This document shows, one piece after another, positions 45,883-57,300 of a DNA stretch of 64,000 nt (positions are counted from its first letter, which is position 1; each line of letters begins with the position of its first letter). Position numbers and translations under genes: made by a program. A model generated the notes under the pieces. That model did not search any database, was not told the origin of the DNA, and was given only the letters and a program-made list of their open reading frames with translations. The DNA is taken from NCBI GenBank assembly GCA_964419495.1, contig CAYQQX010000008.1, positions 163 through 64,162 of the forward strand, given 5' to 3'. Source of the stretch: an uncultured Anaerolineales bacterium (lineage in GTDB: Bacteria > Chloroflexota > Anaerolineae > Anaerolineales > UBA11858).

Positions 45883-46593
45883 ATGTCTGAAGAGTACGTG
45901 CAGCTTACTATCGATGGCACTCCCATCAGCGTCCCTGCCGGGACAACGCTGTTGGATGCTGCCAAAGATGTTGATGTTGAAATCCCAGTAATTTGTTATT
46001 TTGCTCATACTACGGCAAATGGTTTGTGCCGTTTGTGCGTTGTTGAAGTCGAAGGTGCCCGTATGCTGCAGGCCGCCTGTGTAACGACAGTGCAAGAAGA
46101 TTCTGTTGTGCAAACGCGTTCTCCCAAAGTGGAGCGTGCCCGACGTACCATATTGGAAATGCTAGTTTCCACGGTGGATATCTCCGAAAGCCCCGAATTG
46201 CAGGAATTGGTTGTAGATTATCAATGTCTTCCCGAACGTTTCGATGGGGGTAAGAAGCGCGATCCAGCGATCATCGATGATAACCCGGTTTACCTGCGAG
46301 ATTACTCACAATGTGTGATGTGCTGGCGCTGCGAGCAGGTTTGCGCCGACGATGCCCAATTCACCTACGCCCTAAACTTCAGCGGCCGCGGCTTCGATAC
46401 ACAGATCGCAACTTTTTTCGATAAACCGCTCACTGAGACAACCTGTGTATTTTGCGGAAACTGTATTGGCGTCTGTCCCACGGGGGCGTTGAAAGCCAAA
46501 CGCGAGCATCTGATTGAGCAGGGCGTCGCGCCAGAGAAGGTGATGGAGTTTACGCGCTTGAAGGGGAAGAAGAAAAAGGAAAATTCAAAATAA
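45883..46593 (+). CDS. Fe-S domain protein corresponding to only the N-terminal third of an FdsA/NuoG-type formate dehydrogenase alpha subunit (likely truncated)
   Basis: 2Fe-2S fold ([28 protein letters not shown]) and ferredoxin-type clusters ([27 protein letters not shown]). It ends with a Lys-rich tail (GKKKKENSK) where intact homologues continue into T.C.YCGVGC. Confidence 0.7.
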   Translation: MSEEYVQLTIDGTPISVPAGTTLLDAAKDVDVEIPVICYFAHTTANGLCRLCVVEVEGARMLQAACVTTVQEDSVVQTRSPKVERARRTILEMLVSTVDISESPELQELVVDYQCLPERFDGGKKRDPAIIDDNPVYLRDYSQCVMCWRCEQVCADDAQFTYALNFSGRGFDTQIATFFDKPLTETTCVFCGNCIGVCPTGALKAKREHLIEQGVAPEKVMEFTRLKGKKKKENSK

Positions 46594-46738
46594 GTAGAGT
46601 TGCACCCGAAACTGTCATGGCCACAGGCCCACCTTCGGTGTGAGCCACCGCCTTTGGAAAGTGGTGAAGAATCTCTGATCATCAGGTATTAGGGATGCTT
46701 CGCTGCACTCAGCATGACAATAAGTAAGTTTCGACCAA

Positions 46739-46780
46739 AAAATCCCCTGCTGATCTTATTCAACGAGGGGATTTTCGCTT
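46739..46780 (+). terminator. hairpin/terminator downstream of the truncated Fe-S gene
   Basis: AAAATCCCCT-(17 nt)-AGGGGATTTT, a 10-bp perfect stem with flanking A/T runs (could work in either direction). Confidence 0.5.
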
Positions 46781-46956
46781 AGTTTAACCGAATATGACCC
46801 TTCCCGAGCTGAAATGTGATTTTTGTTAGATTTGCGGATTTCACTAATGGGATAGAATTTAGTTCGATTACTCGGCCATAGCATCGCAGATTCATCGAAT
46901 TTGGCTGAGTAATTCCCTTTTCTCCACAGAATAAATGTTCAAATTAAGGAGAGATC

Positions 46957-47421
46957 ATGGAAGAAGCTTTGCAAAACATCTTTTCGAACTTCGAAGGGAA
47001 GCGTGAAGAGATCATCCCAATCTTGCAAAAGGTGCAGGAGAATTATACCTACCTGCCCGAAGACTCAATGCGGGAGATCGCCAGATTTACACGCGTTCCA
47101 GAGAGTGACATTTTTGGGGTAGCAACTTTTTACGCCCAATTTCGATTTGAGCCAACTGGACGCAATCACATATGTGTCTGCCGTGGGACGGCCTGCCACG
47201 TGCGGGGGGCACCCGCAATCTTGGAAGAAGTCACTGACAACGTCGGGCTCGAAGGTGAAGGCACAACCGAAGATTTAGAGTATACGGTTGAGACGGTAGC
47301 CTGCATCGGCTGTTGCGCCCTGGCTCCAGCGGTGACCTATAACGAAGAAGTTCACGGTAACCTGACGAAGAATAAGGTCCGCAAACTTTTGAAAGCGGAG
47401 GCTGGTAAAAATGGCAAATAA
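46957..47421 (+). CDS. NuoE/HndA-like 2Fe-2S subunit
   Basis: AAGGAGAG RBS. Thioredoxin-like 2Fe-2S pattern C.C.GTACHVRG...E..ACIGCCALAP. Confidence 0.85.
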   Translation: MEEALQNIFSNFEGKREEIIPILQKVQENYTYLPEDSMREIARFTRVPESDIFGVATFYAQFRFEPTGRNHICVCRGTACHVRGAPAILEEVTDNVGLEGEGTTEDLEYTVETVACIGCCALAPAVTYNEEVHGNLTKNKVRKLLKAEAGKNGK

Positions 47422-49222
47422 CAATTCCGTTCTCATTTGTCGGGGGACCGGGTGTGAATCGGCCAAATCGGGCGATATCCAGACTGAACTAGAAACAGGA
47501 CTGGACGACAGCGGGATCGAGGTCAAATTCACAGGCTGCCATGGCATGTGCCAGCAGGGTCCCATTGTGATCGTGGAACCCGAGGGCACTTTTTACGCCA
47601 ATGTGAAGCCCAAAGATGTTGAGCCCATTGTCGACTCACTGAAAAATGGCGGCGAACCGGTCGAAAAATTATTTTACAAAGACCCCTCCACCAAAGAAAA
47701 ACTCCCCACCTATCACGATATTCCCTTTTACTCTAAACAGAAGCGGCTGGTCTTGCAAAATTGTGGCAAGATCGACCCTGAAAATATCGACAATTACCTG
47801 GAAGTAGGCGGTTATGAAGCCCTAAAAACGGCCATATTTGATCTGACCCCGGAAGCCATCGTCCAATCAGTATTGGACTCAGGGCTGCGTGGGCGCGGTG
47901 GTGGCGGATTTCCAACCGGGCGCAAGTGGCAGTTTACCCAGGACGCCCCCGGCGACACCAAATACGTGCTTTGCAATGCCGATGAGGGTGATCCGGGAGC
48001 CTTCATGGATCGCTCAGTTTTGGAAGGTGATCCCCACGCTGTTTTGGAAGGTATGGCTATTGCGGGTTTTGCCATTGGTGCCAAGCAGGGCTATATCTAC
48101 TGCCGGGCTGAATACCCCCTGGCGATCAAGCGCTTGCAAATTGCCATTGATCAAGCCCGTGAAAAGGGCTTTCTTGGCAAAGGCATTATGGGTGGCGAAT
48201 TTGATTTCGATATTGAAATTTTCCACGGTGCGGGTGCGTTCGTGTGCGGCGAGGAAACTGCCTTGATCACCTCGATCGAGGGGAATCGCGGTATGCCCCG
48301 CAGCCGCCCACCTTATCCCGCAATCAAAGGGCTTTATGGCAAGCCCACACTGCTCAACAACGTCAAGACCTACGCCAACGTCCGCCTGATCATTAATAAT
48401 GGGGCCGACTGGTTTGCCAGCATTGGTACCGAAAAGTCCAAAGGGACGGCCGTATTTGCCCTGACGGGGAAGATCGCCAACAGCGGTCTGGTCGAAGTGC
48501 CGATGGGGATCACGCTGCGTGAGATCATTTACGATATTGGCGGCGGAATGTTGGACCCCAACAAGAAGTTCAAGGCCGTCCAGACCGGTGGCCCTTCGGG
48601 TGGTTGTTTACCCGAATCTTTCCTGGATACGCCCGTCGATTATGACTCGCTGATCGAAGCTGGTTCCATGATGGGCTCTGGCGGGATGGTTGTGATGGAC
48701 GAGGATACCTGCATGGTGGATGTGGCCCGCTACTTCCTGGATTTCACCGAAAAAGAATCCTGCGGTAAGTGTGTGCCTTGTCGTTTGGGTACCAAGCAAA
48801 TGCTCGACATCCTGGAAGACATCGTGGAAGGCCGTGGTAAACCCAGTGATATCGAACTCCTTGAAGATTTGGCTGTGGGCATCAAAGCCGGATCCCTGTG
48901 TGGCTTGGGCCAAACCGCCCCAAATCCGGTACTGACCACCCTGCGTTACTTCAGAGATGAGTATGAGGCCCATATCCATCACCATGCCTGTCCAGCCAAG
49001 CAATGCAAGGAGCTCATCACCTACCACATCTTGGAATCTTGTGTCGGTTGCGGGCTGTGTCGTAGGAGTTGCTCTACCAATGCCATCATCGGTGAACAAA
49101 AAGAGCTGCACTATATTGACCAATCGCTGTGTCACAAATGTGGCGTGTGTTTCGAAGTCTGCCCGCCGAAGGTTTTCTCTATTGAAATACGTACCGGCGA
49201 AGTGGAACTGGTGGAAGGCTAA
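47411..49222 (+). CDS. NuoF/HndC-like FMN/NAD(P)-binding subunit with extra N-terminal 2Fe-2S and C-terminal 2x[4Fe-4S] domains
   Basis: Motifs GRGGGGFPTGRKW, CNADEGDPGAFMDR, ESCGKCVPCRLG. C-terminal CVGCGLCRRSC and CHKCGVCFEVCP. Confidence 0.88.
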   Translation: MANNNSVLICRGTGCESAKSGDIQTELETGLDDSGIEVKFTGCHGMCQQGPIVIVEPEGTFYANVKPKDVEPIVDSLKNGGEPVEKLFYKDPSTKEKLPTYHDIPFYSKQKRLVLQNCGKIDPENIDNYLEVGGYEALKTAIFDLTPEAIVQSVLDSGLRGRGGGGFPTGRKWQFTQDAPGDTKYVLCNADEGDPGAFMDRSVLEGDPHAVLEGMAIAGFAIGAKQGYIYCRAEYPLAIKRLQIAIDQAREKGFLGKGIMGGEFDFDIEIFHGAGAFVCGEETALITSIEGNRGMPRSRPPYPAIKGLYGKPTLLNNVKTYANVRLIINNGADWFASIGTEKSKGTAVFALTGKIANSGLVEVPMGITLREIIYDIGGGMLDPNKKFKAVQTGGPSGGCLPESFLDTPVDYDSLIEAGSMMGSGGMVVMDEDTCMVDVARYFLDFTEKESCGKCVPCRLGTKQMLDILEDIVEGRGKPSDIELLEDLAVGIKAGSLCGLGQTAPNPVLTTLRYFRDEYEAHIHHHACPAKQCKELITYHILESCVGCGLCRRSCSTNAIIGEQKELHYIDQSLCHKCGVCFEVCPPKVFSIEIRTGEVELVEG

Positions 49223-49234
49223 AGGAACCGCCTT

Positions 49235-51916
49235 ATGACAAATCAAATCAAATTTACAATTGACGGACAGGAGATCGTTGCCCAGGATGGACAGAATATT
49301 CTCGACGCTGCGCTGGCCAATGATATTTATATTCCCCATCTATGCCACCACCCAGACTTGAAACCGGTGGGAGCATGCCGATTATGCGGTGTGGAAATCG
49401 ATGGCGGAAGCATGACCATGAGTTGCCTGGAACCAGCGCGAGAAGGGATCGATGTCAAGACCGACAGCCCGGTGATTTATCAATCCCGCAAGATCGCCAT
49501 GGAACTGCTCATCGCCGACCACCACATGGACTGCCTGGCCTGCGCCGCCGCCAATGACTGCGACCTGCTGACAGTTTCGGCCTATCTGGGCATTGATTCA
49601 GAACGGTTGGAACGGCTGCGCAAAACTGTACGTGATCTCCCCATCGACGCATCCAACCCCTTTTTCCAGTTTGATCCCAATAAGTGTGTGATCTGCGGCA
49701 TCTGCGTGCGGACCTGTGACGAAATTGTGGGACTGGGAGCATTAGGATTTATTGATCGCGGTGTTAGTACGACAGTTGGCACGTTTGGAAACAAACCCTT
49801 TGTTGAGTCGATATGTGAATCCTGTGGCGAGTGTGTTGTTCGATGCCCGGTGGGAGCCCTGGCTCCCAAGACACCCAAATTTGCCGCCCGCGAAGTACAG
49901 TCAACCTGCGTCTACTGTGGGGTGGGCTGCGGTATCTATCTGGGTGTGGTGGGTGACAAAGTTGTCAATGTGCGCGCTGACCGTGAGCGCCCGACCAATG
50001 AAGGCAGTCTATGCGTCAAAGGTCGCTACGGCTTCAACTTCGTCAACCATCCTGATCGACTGACCAAACCGCTGATCAAGAAAGACGGTAAGCTTGTAGA
50101 ATCTGAATGGGACGAAGCGCTTGAATTAATTGCCACCAAGTTTGCTGAGAGTAAAGGCGACAAATTTGCCGCTCTGGCAAGTGCCAAGTGCACCTTAGAA
50201 GAAAATTACCTGATCCAAAAATTTACCCGCGCAGTGATGGGGACGAACTCCGTCGACCACTGCGCCCGGCTTTGACACAGCCCTACTGTGGCCGGTCTGG
50301 TCACATCATTTGGCTCGGGCGCAATGACCAACTCCATTAAGGAGATTGATGGCGCAAAAACAATTTTCGTGATTGGGGCTAACACTACCAACGCTCACCC
50401 GGTGATTGGACACCGGATGCGGCGTGCGGCCCAAAACGGAGCCACTCTGCTGGTTGCCAATCCCAAAGAGATCGATCTGGCTCGTTCAGCTCATACCTTC
50501 ATTCAGCCAAAACCTGGCAGCGACACCGTCCTGCTGATGGGCATGTGCCGCTATATTCTCGAAGAAGGGTTGCAGGATCAAGCCTTCATGGACGAACATT
50601 GCGAGAATTTTGATGAGTTCAAGGCATCACTCGATGCCTTTACTCCAGAATTTGTGGAAGAAATTACCGGTGTACCATGGGAACAGGTTGCCAAGGTGGC
50701 GCACACCTACGCTACCAATAAACCGGCTTCTTTGTTCTACGCCATGGGGATTACCCAACACACTCATGGTACCGACAATGTGATGGCAGTTGCCAACCTG
50801 GCAATGATAACCGGCAATATTGGCAAAGAGTCCACCGGAGTGAATCCGCTGCGCGGCCAGAACAACGTGCAGGGCGCCTGCGACATGGGGGGATTGCCCA
50901 ATGTCTATCCTGGCTACCAGAACGTCACACTCCCCGAAAACAAGGCCAAGTTTGAAAAGGCCTGGGGTGTGGAACTCTCCGATGAAATTGGCCTGACCCA
51001 TACCGAAATTTTCGATGCCATTTATGATGGCAAAGTTACGGCTCTGTACATGGTTGGGGAAAACCCGCTTCTGACTGAGGCCAATGCCAAACATGTTCGC
51101 GAAGCCATCGAAAATCCCGACCTGTTTTTCGTGGCCCAGGATATTTTCCTTTCGGAAACGGCTGAACTCGCAGATGTGGTGCTGCCTGCAGCCTCCTTCG
51201 CGGAAAAGGATGGAACCAACACCAACACCGAACGCCGCGTCCAGCGGGTTCGCAAAGCGATCCCACCGCGGGGGGATTCCAAACCCGATTGGTGGATCAC
51301 CAGCCAGATCGCTCAAAAGATGGGCGAGCCTGGCTTTGATTTCTCAGAACCTTCGGAAATCATGGACGAGATCGCTTCAGTGACCCCCATTTATGGCGGA
51401 ATCTCTTACGAACGCATCGAAGAAGTCGGCTTGCAGTGGCCCTGCCGCGATGAGAGCGACCCAGGGACGCAGTACCTGCACAAGGGTAAATTTGCCCGCC
51501 CCAACGGTAAGGGCCAGTTCGTCCCCTTGGAATACAAGAAATCAGCCGAAATCGCAGATGCTGAATACCCATTGATCCTCACAACCGACCGCAGTCTGTA
51601 TCATTATCACTCTGCGACAATGACCCGGCGCGTAGCTGGCTTAGAAGAGTTGGACAGCAATGAGTGGCTGAAACTCAGCCCGGCAGATGCAGAACAGTTC
51701 GGTATCGAAGATGGTGAGTGGGTCGAGGTATATTCGCGACGAGGGAAAATCAAAGTTCGCGCCCAGGTCACGGATGTCTGTCCCTCGGGCGTCTGCTCAA
51801 TGACCTTCCACTTCCACGAAAGCCCCACCAACGAGATCACCAATCCCGCATTGGATCCTGTGGCAAAGATTCCTGAAACTAAGGTCACTGCTGTTCGAGT
51901 GGAAAAAGTGTCATAA
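49235..51916 (+). CDS. fdhA: selenocysteine-containing formate dehydrogenase alpha subunit (893 aa, U at codon 347)
   Basis: Track ORFs 49235..50275 and 50288..51916 share a frame and are separated only by TGA 50273-50275. Reading through gives [34 protein letters not shown], which matches E. coli FdhF VDCCARV-U-HGPSVAGL..GNGAMSN. N-terminal Fe-S domains and TCVYCGVGCG are present. Confidence 0.88.
50288..50304 (+). promoter_or_regulatory. SECIS-like hairpin for fdhA
   Basis: GUGGCC-GGUCU-GGUCAC starts 13 nt after the UGA. The GGUCU apical loop is the same as in the E. coli fdhF SECIS as I recall it. Confidence 0.65.
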
Positions 51917-51950
51917 ATAACTGAGGGGTGTGCATAATCAATCGAATACT

Positions 51951-51982
51951 GATGAGTCCACGCGTTTTTTAGTGGACTCATC
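51951..51982 (+). terminator. 11-bp perfect hairpin after fdhA (possible terminator or attenuator)
   Basis: GATGAGTCCAC-gcgtttttta-GTGGACTCATC. The T-run is in the loop, not after the stem, so terminator function is uncertain. Confidence 0.4.
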
Positions 51983-52142
51983 GATGGTTAAATATGGTAC
52001 CAAAGAGAAAATAGGGGAGTTTATTGAAAAAGGGTGAAATTGCGTTTCAAGCGAGATTGAGTCTACTTGTAGCTTTATCGATGATCATCAGCACTCTCTT
52101 GATGTGAAAATAATCACGAATGGTACAGTTGTCCTTTTAGTT

Positions 52143-52158
52143 TGTGATATTTGTCACA
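52143..52158. promoter_or_regulatory. CRP/FNR-family consensus site TGTGA-N6-TCACA upstream of hdrA
   Basis: tgtga-tatttg-tcaca is perfect in both half-sites. It lies about 155 nt upstream of the hdrA start, in a 396-bp AT-rich leader. Confidence 0.4.
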
Positions 52159-52312
52159 TGTCATATTGGTTGAAATCCGTCAATATTACTGTTATTCACA
52201 TCATTATAGCTCACCGTAGATTCTATGAACCTCACTAAGTAATAATCGGCTTGTTTGCAGGTTGAAAGAACCAATCTAGGGGAGCTCACATCTTCATGGG
52301 AGGTTGGTTTTC

Positions 52313-54340
52313 ATGGAAGCTCAAAATCCCTTCATGGGAGTACATGGCTCGCATCAACAGCAGGAAGTTCGAGTGGGTGTCTATGTATGTCGTTGTGGAA
52401 CCAACATTGGGGGTATTGTAGATGTTGAACAAGTTGTAGATTTTGTTTCCAATTTACCTTGTGTGGCAGTTGCGCGAGAATATTCCTATATGTGTTCCGA
52501 TCCTGGTCAGGGAATGATAAAAGGGGATATCGAAGCACATGACCTTAACCGCGTAGTGGTGGCATCTTGTTCACCAATGATGCATGAAAGCACATTCAAA
52601 ACCGCCTGTTCAGAAGCTGGAATAAATCCATTTTTCTTCCAAATGACCAATATCCGAGAGCATGTCTCCTGGGTGCATTCTTCTGATCCTGTGTTAGCAA
52701 CCAAAAAGGCAAAAGATCTTGTATATGCTGCTGTCAATCGTGTTATTGAACATTTGCCTTTGGAAGAACGCCAATCGGATGTGAAGCAATCTGCATTAGT
52801 AGTTGGGGCTGGAATAGCCGGAATTGAGGCTGCATTACGAATTGCAGATTCAGGGAAGAAAGTTTACCTGGTAGAGAAGCAATCTGGGATAGGTGGGCAT
52901 ATGGCAAGATTATATAAAACCTTCCCAACGTTAGATTGTGCGGCTTGAATACTCACACCCAAAATGGTGTCCGTGGGACGCCACAAAAACATCACACTGC
53001 TTACTTACAGCGAAGTAGAGAGTGTCTCTGGGGTCGTGGGTAATTTCAAAGCAAAAATTCGTAAAAAGGCGAAATATGTAAATAGAGAATTATGCAATGG
53101 CTGCGGTACCTGTGTTGAAAAATGTCCGTGGAAAAATATACCGGACGAATTTGAATATGGTCTTAGCAACAGACCTGCTATTCACTTTCATTACAGCCAG
53201 GCTGTGCCCAAAATACCCGTTATTGATAAAGAGCATTGCGCATATTTCAAGAATGGAAAATGTAAAGCCTGCGAAAAATTTTGTCAGAGGGATGCTATAG
53301 ATTTTGAGCAAACTGATGAAATTATTGAAATTGACGTTGGTACCATAGTTTTAGCTACCGGTTTCAAAGATTTTGATCCCTCTGAATCCCCTCATTATGG
53401 CTATGGTACTTATGGAAATATATTGACTAGCAGAGAATTTGAACGCCTGATCAATACCAGCGGACCAACTTTAGGTGAGGTGCATCTCTCCAATGGAGAT
53501 AAACCAAAGCGGGTTGCGATTATTCATTGTGTTGGTAGTCGCGGGGATAAGAATCAATACTGTTCGCGAGCTTGCTGTATGTATTCGTTAAAACTGGCTC
53601 ACCTGGTCAGGTCTGTGATTGGAGCTGAGGTGGTTGAGTTTTACCGTGATATGCGCGCTTTTGGTAAAGAGTATGAATCTTTTTATGAGAAGGTGAGAGA
53701 AGAACAGGTTGAGTTTGTACGCTACGACAGAGATATTCAGGTTTCCAAGGTTGAAAACCAGCTAACCGTTGAAACTCAAAATTTATTTACAGGTGAAAAC
53801 CAAGCTGAGAAGGTAGACATGGTGATTCTCAGTACAGGCTTTGAACCACAAACCGATCAAAAGACGGTCGCCAGCACATTTGGAGTAAGCCTTAGCCCAG
53901 ATGGTTTTTTCCAGGAAAAACACCCCAAATTAGCCCCAGTTGAAACAGCAACAGATGGTGTATTCCTGGCGGGAGCATGCCAAGGTCCAAAGGACATCCC
54001 GGATTCAGTGGCCCATGGAAGTGCGGCCGCGGCGGCTGCTCTGGCTTTGATGGATGCTGGATCTGTAACCTTAGAACCCTACACCGCTTATATTGATCCT
54101 GAAAAATGCAGTGGCTGCCTGATATGTGCCAATAATTGCCCTTATCATGCAATTGATGTGGTTACCTCCAATGGCCACAAAGTATCTCAAATTAATGAGA
54201 TCTCTTGCAAAGGGTGTGGAACATGCGTGGCCGCTTGCCCAGCTGGCGTTGCCAGACAGCATGGCTTTACAAACGACCAGATCATCGCTGAAATTGAAGG
54301 TTTACTCAAGATGGGACTTGTTGAGGAGACAATGGTATGA
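52313..54340 (+). CDS. hdrA: selenocysteine-containing HdrA-family flavoprotein (675 aa, U at codon 212)
   Basis: Track ORFs 52304..52948 and 52964..54340 are in one frame, separated by TGA 52946-52948. Read-through gives KTFPTLDCAA-U-ILTPKMVSVGRHKN, the conserved HdrA motif where Cys homologues have C. It has the N-terminal VGVYVCRCGTNIGG, FAD fold ALVVGAGIAGIEAAL and ferredoxin domains. Confidence 0.85.
52965..52983 (+). promoter_or_regulatory. SECIS-like hairpin for hdrA
   Basis: UGGUGUCC-GUG-GGACGCCA, an 8-bp stem including one G-U pair, starts 17 nt after the UGA. It lies in a 59-nt block identical to the hdrL copy. Confidence 0.55.
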
Positions 54341-57300
54341 ATCGATCAAAACCTCGCATTGGTGCATATATCTGCCGTTGTGGTACCAATATAGCGGATA
54401 CGGTAGATGTTGAAGAGGTGGTTGCCGACACCAAGAAATTAAAGAATGTTGTACTGGCGCGCGAATATAGCTACATGTGCTCAGATCCAGGTCAGGATTT
54501 GATCAAAGAAGATATAAAAAAACATAAACTGAATCGGGTGGTGGTTGCATCCTGTTCACCCTTGATGCATGAATTTACTTTTAGAAAAGCATTGGAAGCA
54601 GGCGGGCTAAATCCATTTTATTTTCAGATGGCGAACATCCGCGAACAATGCTCCTGGGTGATAAACGACCAGAAAATGGCGACGAAGAAAGCCCAAAAAA
54701 TGGTGGATGCTGCCGTACGGCGCGTGTATTATCATCAACCATTAGATCCCCGTTCAGTTGAAATGGCATCCAGTGTGATGGTGGTAGGAGGTGGGATTGC
54801 TGGGATTGAAGCTTCCCTAAAGATTGCAGATGCAGGAAAGAAGGTTTATCTAGTCGAGCGGGAATCAGCTATTGGCGGACATATGGCCCAGCTTTACAAA
54901 ACCTTCCCGACTCTCGATTGTGCGGCTTGAATACTCACACCCAAAATGGTGTCCGTGGGACGCCACAAAAACATTGAACTGCTAACATTCAGTGAAGTTG
55001 AATCTGTTTCTGGATATGTAGGAAATTACCAAGTTAAGGTTCGCCAAAAACCCCGATATGTTCATGAGGATCTCTGCACAGGCTGCGGCCAATGCGCTGA
55101 AGTTTGTCCGGTGAATGTTCAAAATGCTTTTGAATTAGGTTTAAACCACCGCAAAGCGATCTTCAGGAATTCCGATCAGGCCACACCAAATGCTTTTGTC
55201 GTTGATAAACGCGGTGTTGCTCCTTGCAGAGATGCTTGTCCGGCGGATCAGCGAGCGATGGGCTATATTTCCTTGGTCAGGCAAAAGCGTTACGCAGATG
55301 CCTACTGGGCCATCCGGCGGGAGAACCCATTCCCTTCAGTGTGCGGTCGAGTGTGCAACCGAAAATGTGAAGATGAATGCAGCCGGAGTGATTATGATGA
55401 ACCCGTAAACATTATGGCCATTAAAAGATTTGTTGCCGATTGGGCCTATGACCATAGGGATGAATTGGCCTCAATGGAAGACAAATCGCGTGTAGGTACA
55501 CCTTTTGAAAAGGAACCCCAACCCACTGGGAAACGGATTGCCATTATTGGTGCTGGACCGGCTGGGCTGACTGCCGCATTAGATTTGGTTCGGTTGGGGC
55601 ACAGTGTAAAGGTTTTCGATAGCTTCTCCCAAGCAGGGGGGATGATACGTGTAGGGATTCCACCGCACCGGTTACCTTACGAGAGGTTGGAATGGGAGAT
55701 CGAACAGATCAAGGCAGAAGGGGTTGAGATTCAACTCAATACAAGAATAGATGATATTCCTGCTTTGCTTCAAGAAGGATATGAGTCGGTTTTGATCGCA
55801 ACTGGAGTGCATGATGCTATCAAACTGCCAATCCGTAATTCTAATCACCCAGATAACTGGTTGAGTGTCGATTTCCTCCGCAGAGTATTTTTGGGAGAAG
55901 AAATTAACCTCTCCGGGAGGAAGGTGATTGTCTTAGGTGCCGGGGATGTTGCTTTGGATGTTGCCCGCACCGCAATTCGCCTGGGAAAACCTAAGGTAAA
56001 AATTGTTTGCCGCGGTATGCGAGCTTCGGAACATGAAATCAAAGCTGCCAAGGAAGAAGGCGTTGAAATTGTACCCAGCAGAGTATTCAAAAAAGTGGTG
56101 GCGAACAAGAAAAGGATCAAAGGCATCGAGTGCTTGAAAGCTGAAGTAGGGGGGATTGTCGATGGCCGTCGAATTGTACAAGAAATGCCGGGTACTGAAC
56201 ATGTGATCAAGGGTGACATTGTGATTTGGGCTTTGGGCCAACAGCCAGATTACTCGTTTTTACCTTGGGAAGGCAGCATTAATACGCAGTATCCCAAAGG
56301 AATTCTGGCGGATGAAAATTTGATGACAACACACCCAGGTGTATTTGTAGCTGGAGATGCCAGACAAGGTGCAACCTCATTTGTCGTAGACGCAATTGGT
56401 GAAGGACATCATGTAGCTCGATGTATTGACCGATATTTGCGAGGAGAAGAAGGGATACCTGAACCACAATTGCACGAAGAAGTTGCCCGACTTGAGCCTG
56501 ATGAAATTGAGCAAAAGATATCCCAAGGCATTGTTACAGAAAAACCAAGGCAAACTACAAAATCCATACCACCCATAGAGCGGGAAAATAATTTCAATGA
56601 GGTTGATCTTGCTTTCTCTGAAGTGGAAGCATTGACTGAGGCTTCTAGGTGCCTTGAATGCGGCGTATGCGCAGAATGCCTTGAATGTGTTTCGGCTTGT
56701 GAAAAAGGGGCTGTTGATCAGGAAATGAGAGACAAGGTAGAAGATTATACGGTTGGTGCGATTATCCTGGCAACTGGCTTTAAAGATTTTGACGCTAAGA
56801 AAGCGCCAGAATATGGAGCAGACTTGCCAGATGTGATAACTGCCTTGGAATTTGAACGCTTAATCAACCCAAGTGGTCCAACCAAGGGTCAGGTCTTAAC
56901 CAGTAAAGGGAAACCGCCAAAACGAGTTGCGATCTTACATTGTGTCGGCAGCAGGAACGAAAAATACCATAAGTATTGCTCAAGGGCTTGTTGTATGTAT
57001 TCCTTGAAATTGGCACAACTTGTCCATGAATATGTGGATGCAGAAGTGTTTGAAATTTATCGCGATATGCGGACATTTGGTAAGGGTTATGAAGAGTTTT
57101 ATAATCGAGTGTCCGATGAGGGTGTGAATTTCTATCACGGTTTGGTTAACAATGTTAGTCAGCAGAATGGGAATTTGTTAGTACAGTGGGACGAGAATTT
57201 TTATGACGAACCAGATTCTGTAGAAGCGGATATGGTGATCTTGGCGACTGGTTTTGAGCCACAAGATGATACGGCAAAAGTTGCCAGTATTTTTGGGGTC

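Noticed and set aside
46780-46956. A Moco/tungsten-cofactor riboswitch upstream of the Sec-FDH operon.
   Set aside because: There are CCGAG...CTCGG pairings, but I cannot reproduce the Moco motif consensus reliably from memory and nothing else matched. The call is not supportable without a covariance-model search.
50273-50275. The TGA codons at 50273, 52946 and 54928 could be genuine stops, giving split or pseudogenised fdhA, hdrA and hdrL, as the ORF track implies.
   Set aside because: In all three cases the downstream ORF is in the same frame. The peptide continues through a strongly conserved motif, with UGA at the known Cys/Sec position. A hairpin follows within 13-17 nt, and the downstream pieces lack independent RBS or start contexts. 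Sec recoding is the better reading. It still needs confirmation that the genome has sel genes.
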